From Candidatus Saccharimonadota bacterium (GTDB taxonomy: Bacteria > Pseudomonadota > Gammaproteobacteria > Enterobacterales > Enterobacteriaceae): 32,000 bases of DNA. The notes beneath the pieces were generated by a model. The model was not told the origin of the DNA. It ran no database searches and saw nothing but the letters and a program-made list of their open reading frames with translations. Location of the stretch: the NCBI RefSeq assembly GCF_039383305.1, contig NZ_CP135009.1, positions 385,661-417,660 of the forward strand, written 5' to 3'. Made by a program: the position numbers and the translations under genes. Positions 1 through 9,653 of the stretch are shown here, piece by piece. The first letter of the stretch is position 1. The number at the start of each line of letters is the position of its first letter.

Positions 1-1
1 A

Positions 2-685
2 TTTTTATTTTCTTCACAATATACTATATATATAATAGATTTTCCAGGATATGGTAAAAATTTTTTCTTAAAAAATATGTCTTTTAAAGAAATTTCAAAA
101 TTTTTATTAAAAATCATTCCAAAAAAAGTCATATGGATAGGATGGTCATTAGGAGGGTTATTAGCTACATACATGAGTTATTACTTTCCAAAACGAACTT
201 ATGGAACAATTCTGATAACCTCTTCTCCGTATTTTTTAAAAACAAAAAAGTGGCCTGGAATTTCTAAAAAAATTCTTAAAAATTTAAAAAAAAAAATGAT
301 TTTTTCTTATGAAAATTTTTTAAAAGAATTTTATTTTTCACAAATGTATATTTATGAAAAAAAAAAAAACAAAAATCAATATATAAATTTAAAAAAATTT
401 TTAAAACATCAACCATCTTCCTACACAATTAATTATGGATATCAATGGTTAATTAAAATTGATAATAGAAAAAAAATTCTAAATTTAAAAACTCCAATTT
501 TTAGGATTTATGGTGAATTAGATTTATTAGTCCCATATAAAATTGAAAATTATCTTCAAAAATATATTATAAATGGTCAATCATATATTATTCCACATTC
601 AGCTCATATCCCATTTATTTCTCATCCAATAAATTTTACAAAAATTATAAAAAATATATTTAAAAAAATTTTTTTTCAAAAATAA
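2..685 (+). CDS. bioH: Pimeloyl-[ACP] methyl ester esterase BioH, 5' end cut by the window edge
   Basis: The frame is open from nt 2 (FLFSSQYTIYIIDFPGYGKN...) and aligns with E. coli BioH ...SSHFTLHLVDLPGFGRS. The GWSLGG nucleophile elbow, the ELD..VP Asp and the AHIPFISHP His are all present. The ATG at 77 in the ORF track is internal. Confidence 0.85.
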   Translation, partial: FLFSSQYTIYIIDFPGYGKNFFLKNMSFKEISKFLLKIIPKKVIWIGWSLGGLLATYMSYYFPKRTYGTILITSSPYFLKTKKWPGISKKILKNLKKKMIFSYENFLKEFYFSQMYIYEKKKNKNQYINLKKFLKHQPSSYTINYGYQWLIKIDNRKKILNLKTPIFRIYGELDLLVPYKIENYLQKYIINGQSYIIPHSAHIPFISHPINFTKIIKNIFKKIFFQK

Positions 686-706
686 AAGCATAAAAAATAA
701 ATTTTA

Positions 707-1243
707 TTAAAATGGAATTTCATCCTCAAAATCTATTTTAGAAGTTGTATCAATTAAATTTTTTTGTTTTTTATATTCTTCTTTTACAGGATTCGAAGCA
801 TATTGTTTTTCAATTTTATTAATACCTTTTTCTAAAGTATCTGAAGAATATTTTAATACTTTTTCTTTATCTTTAACATAATTTTGATTAGAATTTCTAT
901 TACCTAACATCTGCATTGTTCCCGTAATATTAACAATAATTTCAGTAATATATCTATCAATACCATTTTGATCTTGCCATTTTCGAGTTTGTAACGTACC
1001 TTCAATATAAATTTGAGAACCTTTATGTAAATATTGAGCTGCTATTTCAGCTAATTTTCCAAAAACTACAATACGATGCCATTCAGTCTTTTCTTTTAAT
1101 TCTCCAGTATTCTTATCTTTCCAATTTTCTGACGTAGCAATTGTCATATTTAATACAGCTCCACCATTAGGCATATAACGAATTTCAGGATCTTGCCCTA
1201 AATTTCCAATTAATATTACTTTGTTAATTCCTCTACTAGCCAT
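707..1243 (-). CDS. ssb: Single-stranded DNA-binding protein
   Basis: [30 protein letters not shown]... matches E. coli SSB nearly residue for residue. It carries the acidic C-terminal tail DFEDEIPF. The start is moved to the ATG at 1243 by homology; the 23 extra residues in the ORF track are a spurious extension. Confidence 0.93.
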   Translation of the reverse strand: MASRGINKVILIGNLGQDPEIRYMPNGGAVLNMTIATSENWKDKNTGELKEKTEWHRIVVFGKLAEIAAQYLHKGSQIYIEGTLQTRKWQDQNGIDRYITEIIVNITGTMQMLGNRNSNQNYVKDKEKVLKYSSDTLEKGINKIEKQYASNPVKEEYKKQKNLIDTTSKIDFEDEIPF

Positions 1244-1425
1244 ATAATATAACTCACTTAATAAAAATTCATATTTAAAATTATTATAAATAATATCATA
1301 AAAAAAAATCAAGAGATATAAAATTTTTATTCTTTTAAAAATTACTTTTTAAAAATAAAAATTTTCTCAAAATATAAAAAATTTTAATATTATAAAAAAT
1401 AAATTATTTCTTAAAAGGAAAAAAA

Positions 1426-2424
1426 ATGCCAGCAAAAAATAAATATCCTTATAAATTTTCTGTTGCCCCTATGTTAAATTATACAGATTTTTATTGTCAT
1501 TTTTTTTATCGACAATTAACACAAAAAACTTTATTATATACTGAAATGTATACTACAAAACAAATTATCCATCAATTCATTAATACTAATATAAAAATAT
1601 ATCCACCTACATCACTACAATTAGCTGGAAATAATATAAAAGAATTTATAATTTGCGCAAAATGGGCTGAAAAAATTGGATTTAATGAAATTAATATTAA
1701 TTTAGGATGTCCATCAAAAAGCGCTCAAAAAGGAAATTTTGGAATATGTTTAATGAATCAACCCGAAATTGTATTTAAAATTATTCAAGAACTTTATTAT
1801 ACTATTTCTCTTCCAATTAGTGTAAAAATAAGATTAGGAATTACTAAAAAAAATAATTTTTATTTTTTAAAAAATTTTATTCAAGAAATATCAAAAAAAA
1901 AATACTGTAAAAGATTTGTTATACATGCTAGAAATGCTGATTTAACATTAACTAAAACATATCAAAATAGAAATATACCGCCTTTAAATTACTCATATGT
2001 ATATAAAATTAAAAAATATTTTCCAAAATTAATAATAATTTTAAATGGAGGATTACAAAATATTAATAATGATATTAAACATTTAAAAAAATTAGATGGT
2101 ATTATGATGGGACGTAAAATTTATAAAAATCCATTAATTTTAACTAAAATTGATAAAATTATTTTTAATCAAAAAAAAAAATATAATATTTTAAAAATTT
2201 TAAGAAAAACAATCCAATATGCAGAAAAAAAAATGAAAAAAGGTATACATCCTTTTAAAATAATAAAACATTTTTTAAATACTTTTTCAGGTATTTCTAA
2301 TTCTAAAAAATGGAAAAAATATCTTTTAACAGAACTAAAAAATACTAAAAATCTTACTAGAACACTTAATGATTCTTTTAAACTATTTTCATTAACAGAT
2401 TTAAATTCATTTAAAAAATTTTAA
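1426..2424 (+). CDS. dusA: tRNA-dihydrouridine synthase A
   Basis: FSVAPMLNYTDFYCHFFYRQLTQKTLLYTEM and NINLGCPSKSAQKGNFGICLM (catalytic Cys region) match E. coli DusA. An AAGGA Shine-Dalgarno lies 7 nt upstream. Confidence 0.88.
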   Translation: MPAKNKYPYKFSVAPMLNYTDFYCHFFYRQLTQKTLLYTEMYTTKQIIHQFINTNIKIYPPTSLQLAGNNIKEFIICAKWAEKIGFNEININLGCPSKSAQKGNFGICLMNQPEIVFKIIQELYYTISLPISVKIRLGITKKNNFYFLKNFIQEISKKKYCKRFVIHARNADLTLTKTYQNRNIPPLNYSYVYKIKKYFPKLIIILNGGLQNINNDIKHLKKLDGIMMGRKIYKNPLILTKIDKIIFNQKKKYNILKILRKTIQYAEKKMKKGIHPFKIIKHFLNTFSGISNSKKWKKYLLTELKNTKNLTRTLNDSFKLFSLTDLNSFKKF

Positions 2425-2582
2425 TTCTAAATATTTTTGTATATTTTTTAAAAATCTATATAAAAAATAAAATTCTTTTTTTTAAAAAAATATAATAAAC
2501 AAAATCATCTGTTCATGAAATTTTTTATCACATATAAAAATTTATTTTTTTATATTTTTATTAGGAAAAACTTACTAAAATT

Positions 2583-3965
2583 ATGATAGATAAAATAAAT
2601 AATTTACCACTATTAAATATTACACCATATTCTTTAGAAGCAGAACAATCAGTTTTAGGGGGTCTCATGTTAGATAATAAAAAATGGGATTTAATTATTG
2701 AACATATTGAAAAAAAAGATTTTTTTAGTAAAAAACATCAATTAATTTTTTATGAAATGAAAAATTTAATAGAAAATGGAAATCCAATTGATTTAATTAC
2801 TCTGTCAGAATCTTTAAGTACCAAAGGAGAATTAAATAAAATTGGAAGATTTACTTATTTAGCTGAAATCTCTAAAAACACACCTAGTGTCGCGAATATT
2901 GTCACATATGCGGAAATTATTAAAGAAAGATCTATTATGAGAGAAATTATTTCAGTTGCGCATAATATAGCTGATTTTGGATATCATGCTCAAGGCCGCC
3001 ATAGTTCAGAATTATTAGATTATGCAGAATCTAGTATTTTTCAAATCTCTGAAAAACAAATAAAAAAAAATCAAGGACCTCAAAATATTGAAAAAGTATT
3101 AGAAATCACAATCACTGCTATTGAAAAATTATTTCAAACACCAAATGATGGTATTACAGGAATTAATACTGGATATCATGATTTAAATAAAAAAACTTCA
3201 GGATTACAAAAATCAGATTTAATTATTTTAGCTGCTAGACCTTCAATGGGAAAAACAGCATTTGCAATGAATTTATGTGAAAATGCTGCTATGATTTATG
3301 ATACACCAATTTTAATTTTTAGTTTAGAAATGCCAAGTGAACAAATTATGATTCGTATGTTAGCATCATTATCTCGAGTAGATCAATCTAAAATTCGTTC
3401 AGGACAACTTACTCATCAAGAATGGAGTAGAATCTCAAGTACAATTAATATTTTATTAAAAAAAAAAAATATTTATATTGATGACTCTTCTGACTTAACG
3501 CCTAATATCTTAAGATCACGTGCCAGAAGAATTCATCGTGAAAATCATGGTTTAACTTTAATTATGATTGATTATTTACAACTAATAAAAATTCCACATT
3601 TATCTAATAATCGTACACTAGAAATTGCTGAAATTTCCCGAACTTTAAAATCTTTGGCAAAAGAACTTAATGTTCCAATTATAGCTTTATCACAACTTAA
3701 TAGATCTTTAGAACAAAGAACCGATAAAAAACCAGTAAATTCAGATTTAAGAGAATCAGGATCTTTAGAACAAGATGCAGATCTTATTATGTTTATTTAT
3801 CGTGATGAAATTTATAATCAAAATAGTGATTTAAAAGGTATTGCAGAAATTATTATTGGAAAACAAAGAAATGGACCAACAGGAACTATTAAATTAACAT
3901 TTAATGGGCAATGGTCTAGATTCGATAATTATGCAAATCCTCAATATCATAAAAAAAATTTATAA
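2583..3965 (+). CDS. dnaB: Replicative DNA helicase DnaB
   Basis: Full-length similarity to DnaB: PYSLEAEQSVLGGLMLDN, Walker A ARPSMGKTAF, IMIDYLQL, SQLNRSLEQRTDKKPVNSDLRESGSLEQDADLIMFIYRDE. Confidence 0.96.
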   Translation: MIDKINNLPLLNITPYSLEAEQSVLGGLMLDNKKWDLIIEHIEKKDFFSKKHQLIFYEMKNLIENGNPIDLITLSESLSTKGELNKIGRFTYLAEISKNTPSVANIVTYAEIIKERSIMREIISVAHNIADFGYHAQGRHSSELLDYAESSIFQISEKQIKKNQGPQNIEKVLEITITAIEKLFQTPNDGITGINTGYHDLNKKTSGLQKSDLIILAARPSMGKTAFAMNLCENAAMIYDTPILIFSLEMPSEQIMIRMLASLSRVDQSKIRSGQLTHQEWSRISSTINILLKKKNIYIDDSSDLTPNILRSRARRIHRENHGLTLIMIDYLQLIKIPHLSNNRTLEIAEISRTLKSLAKELNVPIIALSQLNRSLEQRTDKKPVNSDLRESGSLEQDADLIMFIYRDEIYNQNSDLKGIAEIIIGKQRNGPTGTIKLTFNGQWSRFDNYANPQYHKKNL

Positions 3966-4046
3966 TATTTTTAAGAAATATTATTTTTTTTAAAAAAAAG
4001 TATTTTATTATATATTAAACAATTTTTTATAAAATTACTAAAAATT

Positions 4047-4478
4047 ATGATTATTTTAGGCTTCGATTATGGTGTAAAAAATATTGGTTTAGCTATTGCA
4101 GAAACAACATTATTTTATGCATATCCTATTCAAAGTATTAAAACTCCAAAAAAAAATACACAATGGAAAATAATTCAAAAAATATTATTAAAATGGCTTC
4201 CACAATATTTAATTGTAGGATATCCTTTAAATAATCAAGGAAAAAAATTTAATATAACTAAAAAAATTGAAAAATTTAAAAAAAAATTAGAAAAAAAATA
4301 TAATCTTCCAGTAAAATTTCATAATGAATATTTAACTACAAAAATAGCTAAATCTATTTTATTTCAAAAAGGAGGTTACAAAAAATTACAAAAAAATTGT
4401 ATTCATTCTGCATCTGCAGTTTTAATTTTAGAAGGTTGGTTAGATATCTATAAAAAAAAAAATCATATTAAAATTTAA
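4047..4478 (+). CDS. ruvX: Putative pre-16S rRNA nuclease / Holliday junction resolvase-like YqgF
   Basis: The N-terminus ILGFDYGVKNIGLAIAE matches the YqgF/RuvX catalytic motif (E. coli LLAFDFGTKSIGVAV). Length is 143 aa versus 138 aa. It sits in the yqgF-yggW neighbourhood as in E. coli. Confidence 0.8.
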   Translation: MIILGFDYGVKNIGLAIAETTLFYAYPIQSIKTPKKNTQWKIIQKILLKWLPQYLIVGYPLNNQGKKFNITKKIEKFKKKLEKKYNLPVKFHNEYLTTKIAKSILFQKGGYKKLQKNCIHSASAVLILEGWLDIYKKKNHIKI

Positions 4479-4568
4479 TTTTTTAAAAATTTTTTAAAAA
4501 AATTTCTAAAATACTATATATTTATTATTTTTAAAAAATATTCCTATAAAAAGAAAATAAATATAATT

Positions 4569-5690
4569 ATGATCAATAATACAAAAAAATTTAAAAGACC
4601 AAATATTAGTTTATACATCAATATTCCGAAAGAATATTCTAACTTTATAAATAAAAAAAATTTTTTTTTAAAGAAAAATAAATATTTAACAGCAATTATT
4701 AAAGATTTTAAAAAAAATTTTTTTTTATTATTCTGTAGACCTATTTTTTCACTTTTTATTAGTTTAAAAACTACTTTTTTAATACCTTTTCAAGAAATAA
4801 AATATTTAATTAAAAATTTTAAAAATTTTTTTTCTAAAAAAAATATTGAAATTACTATAGAAATTTTTCCTCAAAAAATAAACTATCAAAATCTTATAAA
4901 ATACTTTAAAATAGGTATAAATCGGATTTCTTTAAATATAAAAACTTTTAATAAAAAAATTTTAAAAAAATTTAAATGGTCTAATTTTTCTAAAAAATCT
5001 TTAAATATACTTTTTAAAAAAAAAATTATAAAAAATTTTAATATTGATCTCCAATATGGTATACCTACACAAACTTTAAAAAATGTTATAAAAGATTTAA
5101 AAAAAACTTTAAAATATAATCCTACACATATAACTTGGACTTTATATTCTAATTCTTTTTCTAAAAATAAAAATTTAAATTTTAAAATTCCTACTCCCTC
5201 AGAAATCTCAAAAATGTCTCTAATAGGACATAAAATATTAACAAAATATGGATATAAAAAATATGAAATTTCTTCTTATGCAAAACCAAAATATCAATGC
5301 CAACATAATTTAAATTATTGGACTTTTCAAGATTATTTAGGGTTAGGTTGTAAATCTCATAGTAAAATTACAATTTATAAATTTAAAATTTTACGTTTAA
5401 TAAAACATGAAAAAATTTTAAACTATATTCAAAAATTATATTTATTAAAATTTTATTATATAAAAAAAAATGATATTGTATTTGAATTCTTTTTAAATAT
5501 TTCTTTTTTATTTAAAAAAATATCTTATTTACATTTTAAAAATATTACACATCATTCAATACTATCAATTAAAAAAAAATTAAAAAAATCTCAAAAAAAA
5601 GGATTTTTGATTTTTACAAAAAAAAATATTATAATCACATCATTTGGATATAAAAATTTATTTTATTTTTTAGATTTTTTTTTAAATTAA
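4569..5690 (+). CDS. hemW: HemW/YggW-like (radical SAM family heme chaperone homologue), with the Fe-S and SAM motifs lost
   Basis: The central and C-terminal parts align with E. coli HemW (GINRISLNIKTF, YEISSYAKPKYQCQHNLNYWTFQDYLGLGCKSHSK). The position of IPWCVQKCPYCDF reads IPKEYSNFINKKNF (no Cys), and IFIGGGTPS reads LFISLKTTF. Confidence 0.75.
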   Translation: MINNTKKFKRPNISLYINIPKEYSNFINKKNFFLKKNKYLTAIIKDFKKNFFLLFCRPIFSLFISLKTTFLIPFQEIKYLIKNFKNFFSKKNIEITIEIFPQKINYQNLIKYFKIGINRISLNIKTFNKKILKKFKWSNFSKKSLNILFKKKIIKNFNIDLQYGIPTQTLKNVIKDLKKTLKYNPTHITWTLYSNSFSKNKNLNFKIPTPSEISKMSLIGHKILTKYGYKKYEISSYAKPKYQCQHNLNYWTFQDYLGLGCKSHSKITIYKFKILRLIKHEKILNYIQKLYLLKFYYIKKNDIVFEFFLNISFLFKKISYLHFKNITHHSILSIKKKLKKSQKKGFLIFTKKNIIITSFGYKNLFYFLDFFLN

Positions 5691-5713
5691 AAATATAAAA
5701 AATTATATAAAGA

Positions 5714-6442
5714 CTATTTTCTTAATTGATAAATATGCTCAAAAATTGTAAAACCTAATTTTTTTCCTCTTTGTTCGAACTTAGTCTCTTTAGTTAACTG
5801 AAAACATAAAAATTTTATTGGTTTTATAGGAACAAATTTGAATTCTTTATGATCAAACATTATATTAGTAATATGTTGTGAATATTTTTTACAATCTGTT
5901 TTAATATGTAAAAATCCAAAAAAAATTATTTTTTTTGACAATATTTGTAAAAATTTTCTTTGTATTAAACGTCTTTTCTGGTGTTTTTTTTTAGGCCAAG
6001 GGTCAGGAAAAAAAATTTGTAAAATATAAATTGAAGAATCAGGAATCATATAATAAAAAACATCAATTGCATCATAAAAAATAATTCGTATATTTGACAA
6101 ATTATATTTCTTAAATTCACGTAAAATCGATAAAATACTAGGAGAATAAACTTCAATTCCTATAAAATTTAAATTTAAATTTTGAGAAACAATTTCTAAA
6201 AAATCTATACCATTTCCAAATCCTAAATTTAAAATTATAGGAGATTTTTTTAAAAAAAAATTTTGTAAAAATATTTTTTTTTTTTGAAAATCTATTTTCA
6301 GATTTTTCCATAAAAATTTATATTTCTTAAAAAAATTATTTTTTATGACACGACGACGACATACAAAACTTTTAACCGTTTGTAATGTATTTTTTTTATT
6401 TAAAAAAAAATTATCATTATTTTTAGACATAATTAAACTCAT
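5714..6442 (-). CDS. trmB: tRNA (guanine46-N7)-methyltransferase
   Basis: LNLGFGNGIDFLEI, FIGIEVYSP, IFFPDPWPKKKHQKRRL and TKFEQRGKKLG match E. coli TrmB (YggH). It is divergent from mutY, as in E. coli. Confidence 0.9.
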   Translation of the reverse strand: MSLIMSKNNDNFFLNKKNTLQTVKSFVCRRRVIKNNFFKKYKFLWKNLKIDFQKKKIFLQNFFLKKSPIILNLGFGNGIDFLEIVSQNLNLNFIGIEVYSPSILSILREFKKYNLSNIRIIFYDAIDVFYYMIPDSSIYILQIFFPDPWPKKKHQKRRLIQRKFLQILSKKIIFFGFLHIKTDCKKYSQHITNIMFDHKEFKFVPIKPIKFLCFQLTKETKFEQRGKKLGFTIFEHIYQLRK

Positions 6443-6519
6443 ATTTTGTTATTTTTTTAAAAAATTTTTTTAAAATTTTTCTTAAACATTATAATATTAT
6501 TAAGTTTTTCTAGGAAATT

Positions 6520-7557
6520 ATGAATTTTTCACAAAGAATATTAAATTGGTACCATTTTCATGGTAGAAAAAATTTACCATGGAAAAAAAAAAAAAATGTT
6601 TATCACATTTGGTTATCAGAAATCATGTTACAACAAACTACTGTAAAAACAGTTATTCCTTTTTTTAAAAAATTCATAAAAAAATTTCAAACATTACAAA
6701 AATTATCGCAAGCCTCATTAAACGAAATTTTATATTTATGGAGTGGATTAGGATATTATCGACGTGCTCATTTTGTTTATCAAACTATTAATATTATTTT
6801 TAAGAAATATAATGGTTGTTTTCCAAAAGATATTCTACTACTACAAAAATTACCCGGTATTGGAAAATCTACTGCAAGTGCAATTTTATCTTTTACTTAT
6901 AATTTTTGTTATGCAATTTTAGATAGTAATATCAAAAGAATTCTAATAAGAATTTATAATATTCAAAAAACATCTACTATTTTTTTATTAGAAAAAAAAT
7001 TATGGAATTTAATTAATAATTTAATTTCTATCCATCATCCAGATAAATTTAATCAAGCCATGATGGATCTAGGTGCTTTAATTTGTACCTCTCATAATCC
7101 AAAATGTGATCTATGTCCATGTCAAAATATATGTATTTTTTTTAAAAATAAAAAAAAATATATATTAAAATTCCCTAAAAAAAAACTAAAAAAAAAAAAA
7201 GTTAAAATATTACTTTTAATTTTACAATATAAATTTTATATTTTTCTTATACAACAAAATAAAAAAAAATTTTGGCCAAATTTGTTTTGTTTTCCAATGT
7301 TTTTTTTCAAAAAAGAAAATTTTTATAAAAAATTTTATAAAAAAATATTTAAAAAAAAAAAAAATCTACCTATATTACATATTTTTAGTCATATGCAACT
7401 TTTATTATTTCCTTTTTATTTAAAAATTTCAAATAAAAAAAATATTCAAAAACATAAATCAAAACAAAAAATATGGTTAAATCTAAAAAATCCTCAAAAA
7501 ATTGGTATTCCAACTCCTATACAAAAAATTTTAAATAGGATAACATATGAAAAATAA
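6520..7557 (+). CDS. mutY: Adenine DNA glycosylase MutY
   Basis: WLSEIMLQQTTV (catalytic Glu), GLGYYRRA, LPGIGKSTA and DSNIKRIL (catalytic Asp) are present. The Fe-S loop is CTSHNPKCDLCPCQNIC. The C-terminal NUDIX-like motifs FWPNLFCFP and HIFSHMQL are retained. Confidence 0.92.
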   Translation: MNFSQRILNWYHFHGRKNLPWKKKKNVYHIWLSEIMLQQTTVKTVIPFFKKFIKKFQTLQKLSQASLNEILYLWSGLGYYRRAHFVYQTINIIFKKYNGCFPKDILLLQKLPGIGKSTASAILSFTYNFCYAILDSNIKRILIRIYNIQKTSTIFLLEKKLWNLINNLISIHHPDKFNQAMMDLGALICTSHNPKCDLCPCQNICIFFKNKKKYILKFPKKKLKKKKVKILLLILQYKFYIFLIQQNKKKFWPNLFCFPMFFFKKENFYKKFYKKIFKKKKNLPILHIFSHMQLLLFPFYLKISNKKNIQKHKSKQKIWLNLKNPQKIGIPTPIQKILNRITYEK

Positions 7558-7795
7558 TAAAATACGCACTATTTTTTGTCACTTTTTTAAAAAAAAAAAA
7601 GAAGGTTTAAGTTTCCAAAATTATCCAGGAACTTTAGGTCAAAAAATTTATAATGAAATTTCTAAAGATGCTTGGAAGAAATGGTTATTATACCAAACAA
7701 AAATTATTAATGAAAAAAAATTAAATATGTGTTCTGAAAAAGATCGTAAATATTTAAAAAAAAATATGAAAATTTTTTTTTGGAAAAAATCTTAA
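7547..7795 (+). CDS. yggX: Fe(2+)-trafficking protein YggX
   Basis: RTIFCHFFKKKKEGLSFQNYPGTLGQKIYNEISKDAWKKW...INEKKLNM matches E. coli YggX. It overlaps the mutY stop by 11 nt, keeping the mutY-yggX order of E. coli. Confidence 0.88.
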   Translation: MKNNKIRTIFCHFFKKKKEGLSFQNYPGTLGQKIYNEISKDAWKKWLLYQTKIINEKKLNMCSEKDRKYLKKNMKIFFWKKS

Positions 7796-7857
7796 AATTC
7801 TTTCAAAACATTAAAAAAATTATAATATTTAAAAAAATCATAATAATCTGAATTTAT

Positions 7858-9279
7858 TTATAAATTTTGAATTTTTAAAATTTTTTTCTGAATATATAAT
7901 AAAAAATTTTTTATTAAAAAAATTTTTTTAGATTTATTTACAAATAATCTACTTAAAAGATTAATTTTATGTATATATTCAGAAAAATTCATATTATTTA
8001 TAACATTTAAACAATATTTTTTCCATTTTTTTTTTTCTAAATCGTTTAATGTAATAAAAAAATTACGAGCACGCATTCTAAAAAATAATTCTGATAACCT
8101 ACTATCAAAAAATTTTGTTTGAAATGTAATTTCTGGAATATTATAACTACAAATTAAAAAAAAATTATATAAAATTTTTTTGTCATAAAAAGTTAAAAAA
8201 TTTTTATATAATTGTAAGTCAACATTTTTATTAATACAAATTTGAGACTTAATTTGTAAAATTTTTCTTAAAAAAAATATTATATTATAAAATTTTTTTA
8301 ATATAAAAAAATTTTTTTGACAAAAAATATAATTAATTTTTAATCGTATACAATTTTTTGTATTAATCATATTATATGATAAAAAAATTGGATTTTTATT
8401 TATATAAACACTTAAAATACCAATTTTAAACAATTTTTTTAAAATATTACAATTTTTAGAAAAATTTTTTATAGAAAATAATGCATCTTTTGGGGAATTT
8501 TTTAAATCGTACACTAAAATAATATTTTTATTAGTAGGATGAAACATTAAAAAAGAAACAACACCTATATTAAAATTCAAAGCGCCAAATATACTAGATA
8601 TATAAAAAAAAGGTTTATTTTGATTTTTTGTAACAAAATTTAAAATTTTTTCTTTATTAAATAACTCTAATAATAAAAAAAATAATTTTTCATTATATGA
8701 TTTTAAAATTTTTAAAATTTCTATTGTTGCAAATATGTCTGATAAAGCATCATGTTTTTTAAAATGTACTATAGAATTTTTTTCCGTGATATGTGACAAT
8801 TTAAAACTTACTGCTCCTGAATGTTTATAAAACCACTTTAAACAAAAAGGCTCTAAAACATAAAAAACTCTTAAAATAGATAAAACATCTCCTGTAAAAT
8901 TACCATTCTTCCATTCCCATTCATATGGATCTAAAAAATTTCTATAAAAAATATTTCGTGTAATTAAATTATCAAAATTAATATTATTATATCCTAAAAT
9001 ACATACATTTTTTTGTGTAAAAATTTTATAAATATTACGAGCTAAATAATATTCATTCATTCCATAAATATTGGAATATTGAGGTAAAATTTTATTAATG
9101 AAAATAGAATCTAAATTTGGAAAATAATCTAACGGAAGAGACCCTAAAATAGAAATCGGTTTAGATAAAATATTAAAATTCTCATCCGTTTGTATACATG
9201 CAAATTGAGAAATTTTATCTAAAGAAACATTTAATCCATATGTTTCATAATCATAAAAAATAAATTTTTTAAATTTCAT
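7858..9279 (-). CDS. sbcB: Exodeoxyribonuclease I
   Basis: FIFYDYETYGLNVSLDKISQFACIQTDENFN (DEDD exonuclease motif I), GYNNINFDNLITRN and HDALSDIFATIE match E. coli SbcB. Length is 473 aa versus 475 aa. Confidence 0.9.
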   Translation of the reverse strand: MKFKKFIFYDYETYGLNVSLDKISQFACIQTDENFNILSKPISILGSLPLDYFPNLDSIFINKILPQYSNIYGMNEYYLARNIYKIFTQKNVCILGYNNINFDNLITRNIFYRNFLDPYEWEWKNGNFTGDVLSILRVFYVLEPFCLKWFYKHSGAVSFKLSHITEKNSIVHFKKHDALSDIFATIEILKILKSYNEKLFFLLLELFNKEKILNFVTKNQNKPFFYISSIFGALNFNIGVVSFLMFHPTNKNIILVYDLKNSPKDALFSIKNFSKNCNILKKLFKIGILSVYINKNPIFLSYNMINTKNCIRLKINYIFCQKNFFILKKFYNIIFFLRKILQIKSQICINKNVDLQLYKNFLTFYDKKILYNFFLICSYNIPEITFQTKFFDSRLSELFFRMRARNFFITLNDLEKKKWKKYCLNVINNMNFSEYIHKINLLSRLFVNKSKKIFLIKNFLLYIQKKILKIQNL

Positions 9280-9319
9280 ATATTATAGACTTTAAAATTT
9301 TATTTTATAAAAAATTTTA

Positions 9320-9392
9320 CTCCCCCGACTGGACTCGAACCAGTGACATACGGATTAACAGTCCGTTGTTCTACCAACTGAACTACAGAGGA
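9320..9392 (-). tRNA. tRNA-Asn (GTT)
   Basis: The reverse complement TCCTCTGTAGTTCAGTTGGTAGAACAACGGACTGTTAATCCGTATGTCACTGGTTCGAGTCCAGTCGGGGGAG folds as a cloverleaf with anticodon loop CTGTTAA. It is near-identical to E. coli tRNA-Asn. No CCA is encoded. Confidence 0.93.
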
Positions 9393-9487
9393 AAAATTTT
9401 ATTATTTAATATTATATAATAATTTATTCTTACAAGCAACATATTTTTTTAAAAAAAAATCTTCTAAAAATTTGTTTTATAAAATCC

Positions 9488-9516
9488 TTGCATAATTAAA
9501 AAAATTAAATTATAAT
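9488..9516 (+). promoter_or_regulatory. Sigma70-type promoter for tRNA-Ile2: TTGCAT-N17-TATAAT
   Basis: -35 TTGCAT lies at 9488..9493 and -10 TATAAT at 9511..9516, with an exact 17-nt spacer. The -10 ends 13 nt before the mature tRNA 5' end. The ATCCTTGCA context is shared with the tRNA-Gly promoter. Confidence 0.6.
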
Positions 9517-9529
9517 TTTTTTATTCAGA

Positions 9530-9602
9530 GGCCCCTTAGCTCAGAGGTTAGAGCAAGCGACTCATAATCGTTAGGTCGCTGGTTCAATTCCAGCAGGGGC
9601 CA
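9530..9602 (+). tRNA. ileX: tRNA-Ile2 (CAT anticodon, lysidine type)
   Basis: GGCCCCTTAGCTCAGAGGTTAGAGCAAGCGACTCATAATCGTTAGGTCGCTGGTTCAATTCCAGCAGGGGCCA. The acceptor stem and T arm match E. coli ileX as I recall it, rather than the Met or fMet tRNAs. No CCA is encoded. Confidence 0.8.
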
Positions 9603-9653
9603 ATATATTTTTTTAAAAAAATTTTTTTTAAAATTAATAAAACTAAAAAATTA

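Noticed and set aside
1244-1312. N-terminal extensions in the ORF track: ssb +23 aa, rpsF +2 aa from TTG at 10831, ilvC +8 aa from TTG at 25187, ilvD +12 aa from TTG at 27093, iscU +4 aa from 28747
   Set aside because: Homology to the E. coli N-termini places the true starts at internal ATG codons (1243, 10825, 25163, 27057, 28759). Several of the upstream starts are TTG codons picked by longest-ORF logic.
2515-2586. 23-codon upstream ORF whose TGA overlaps the dnaB ATG (ATGA), a possible translational coupling peptide
   Set aside because: It has no Shine-Dalgarno. The probability of 23 stop-free codons is only about 0.1, and the sequence is generic F/I/K/N-rich. There is not enough evidence to call a gene.
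9409-9435. Promoter for tRNA-Asn (minus strand): TTGTAA at 9435..9430 with TATAAT at 9416..9411
   Set aside because: The spacer is only 13 nt. The alternative -10, TAATAT (spacer 15), is weak. It is plausible but not well enough defined to list as a feature.
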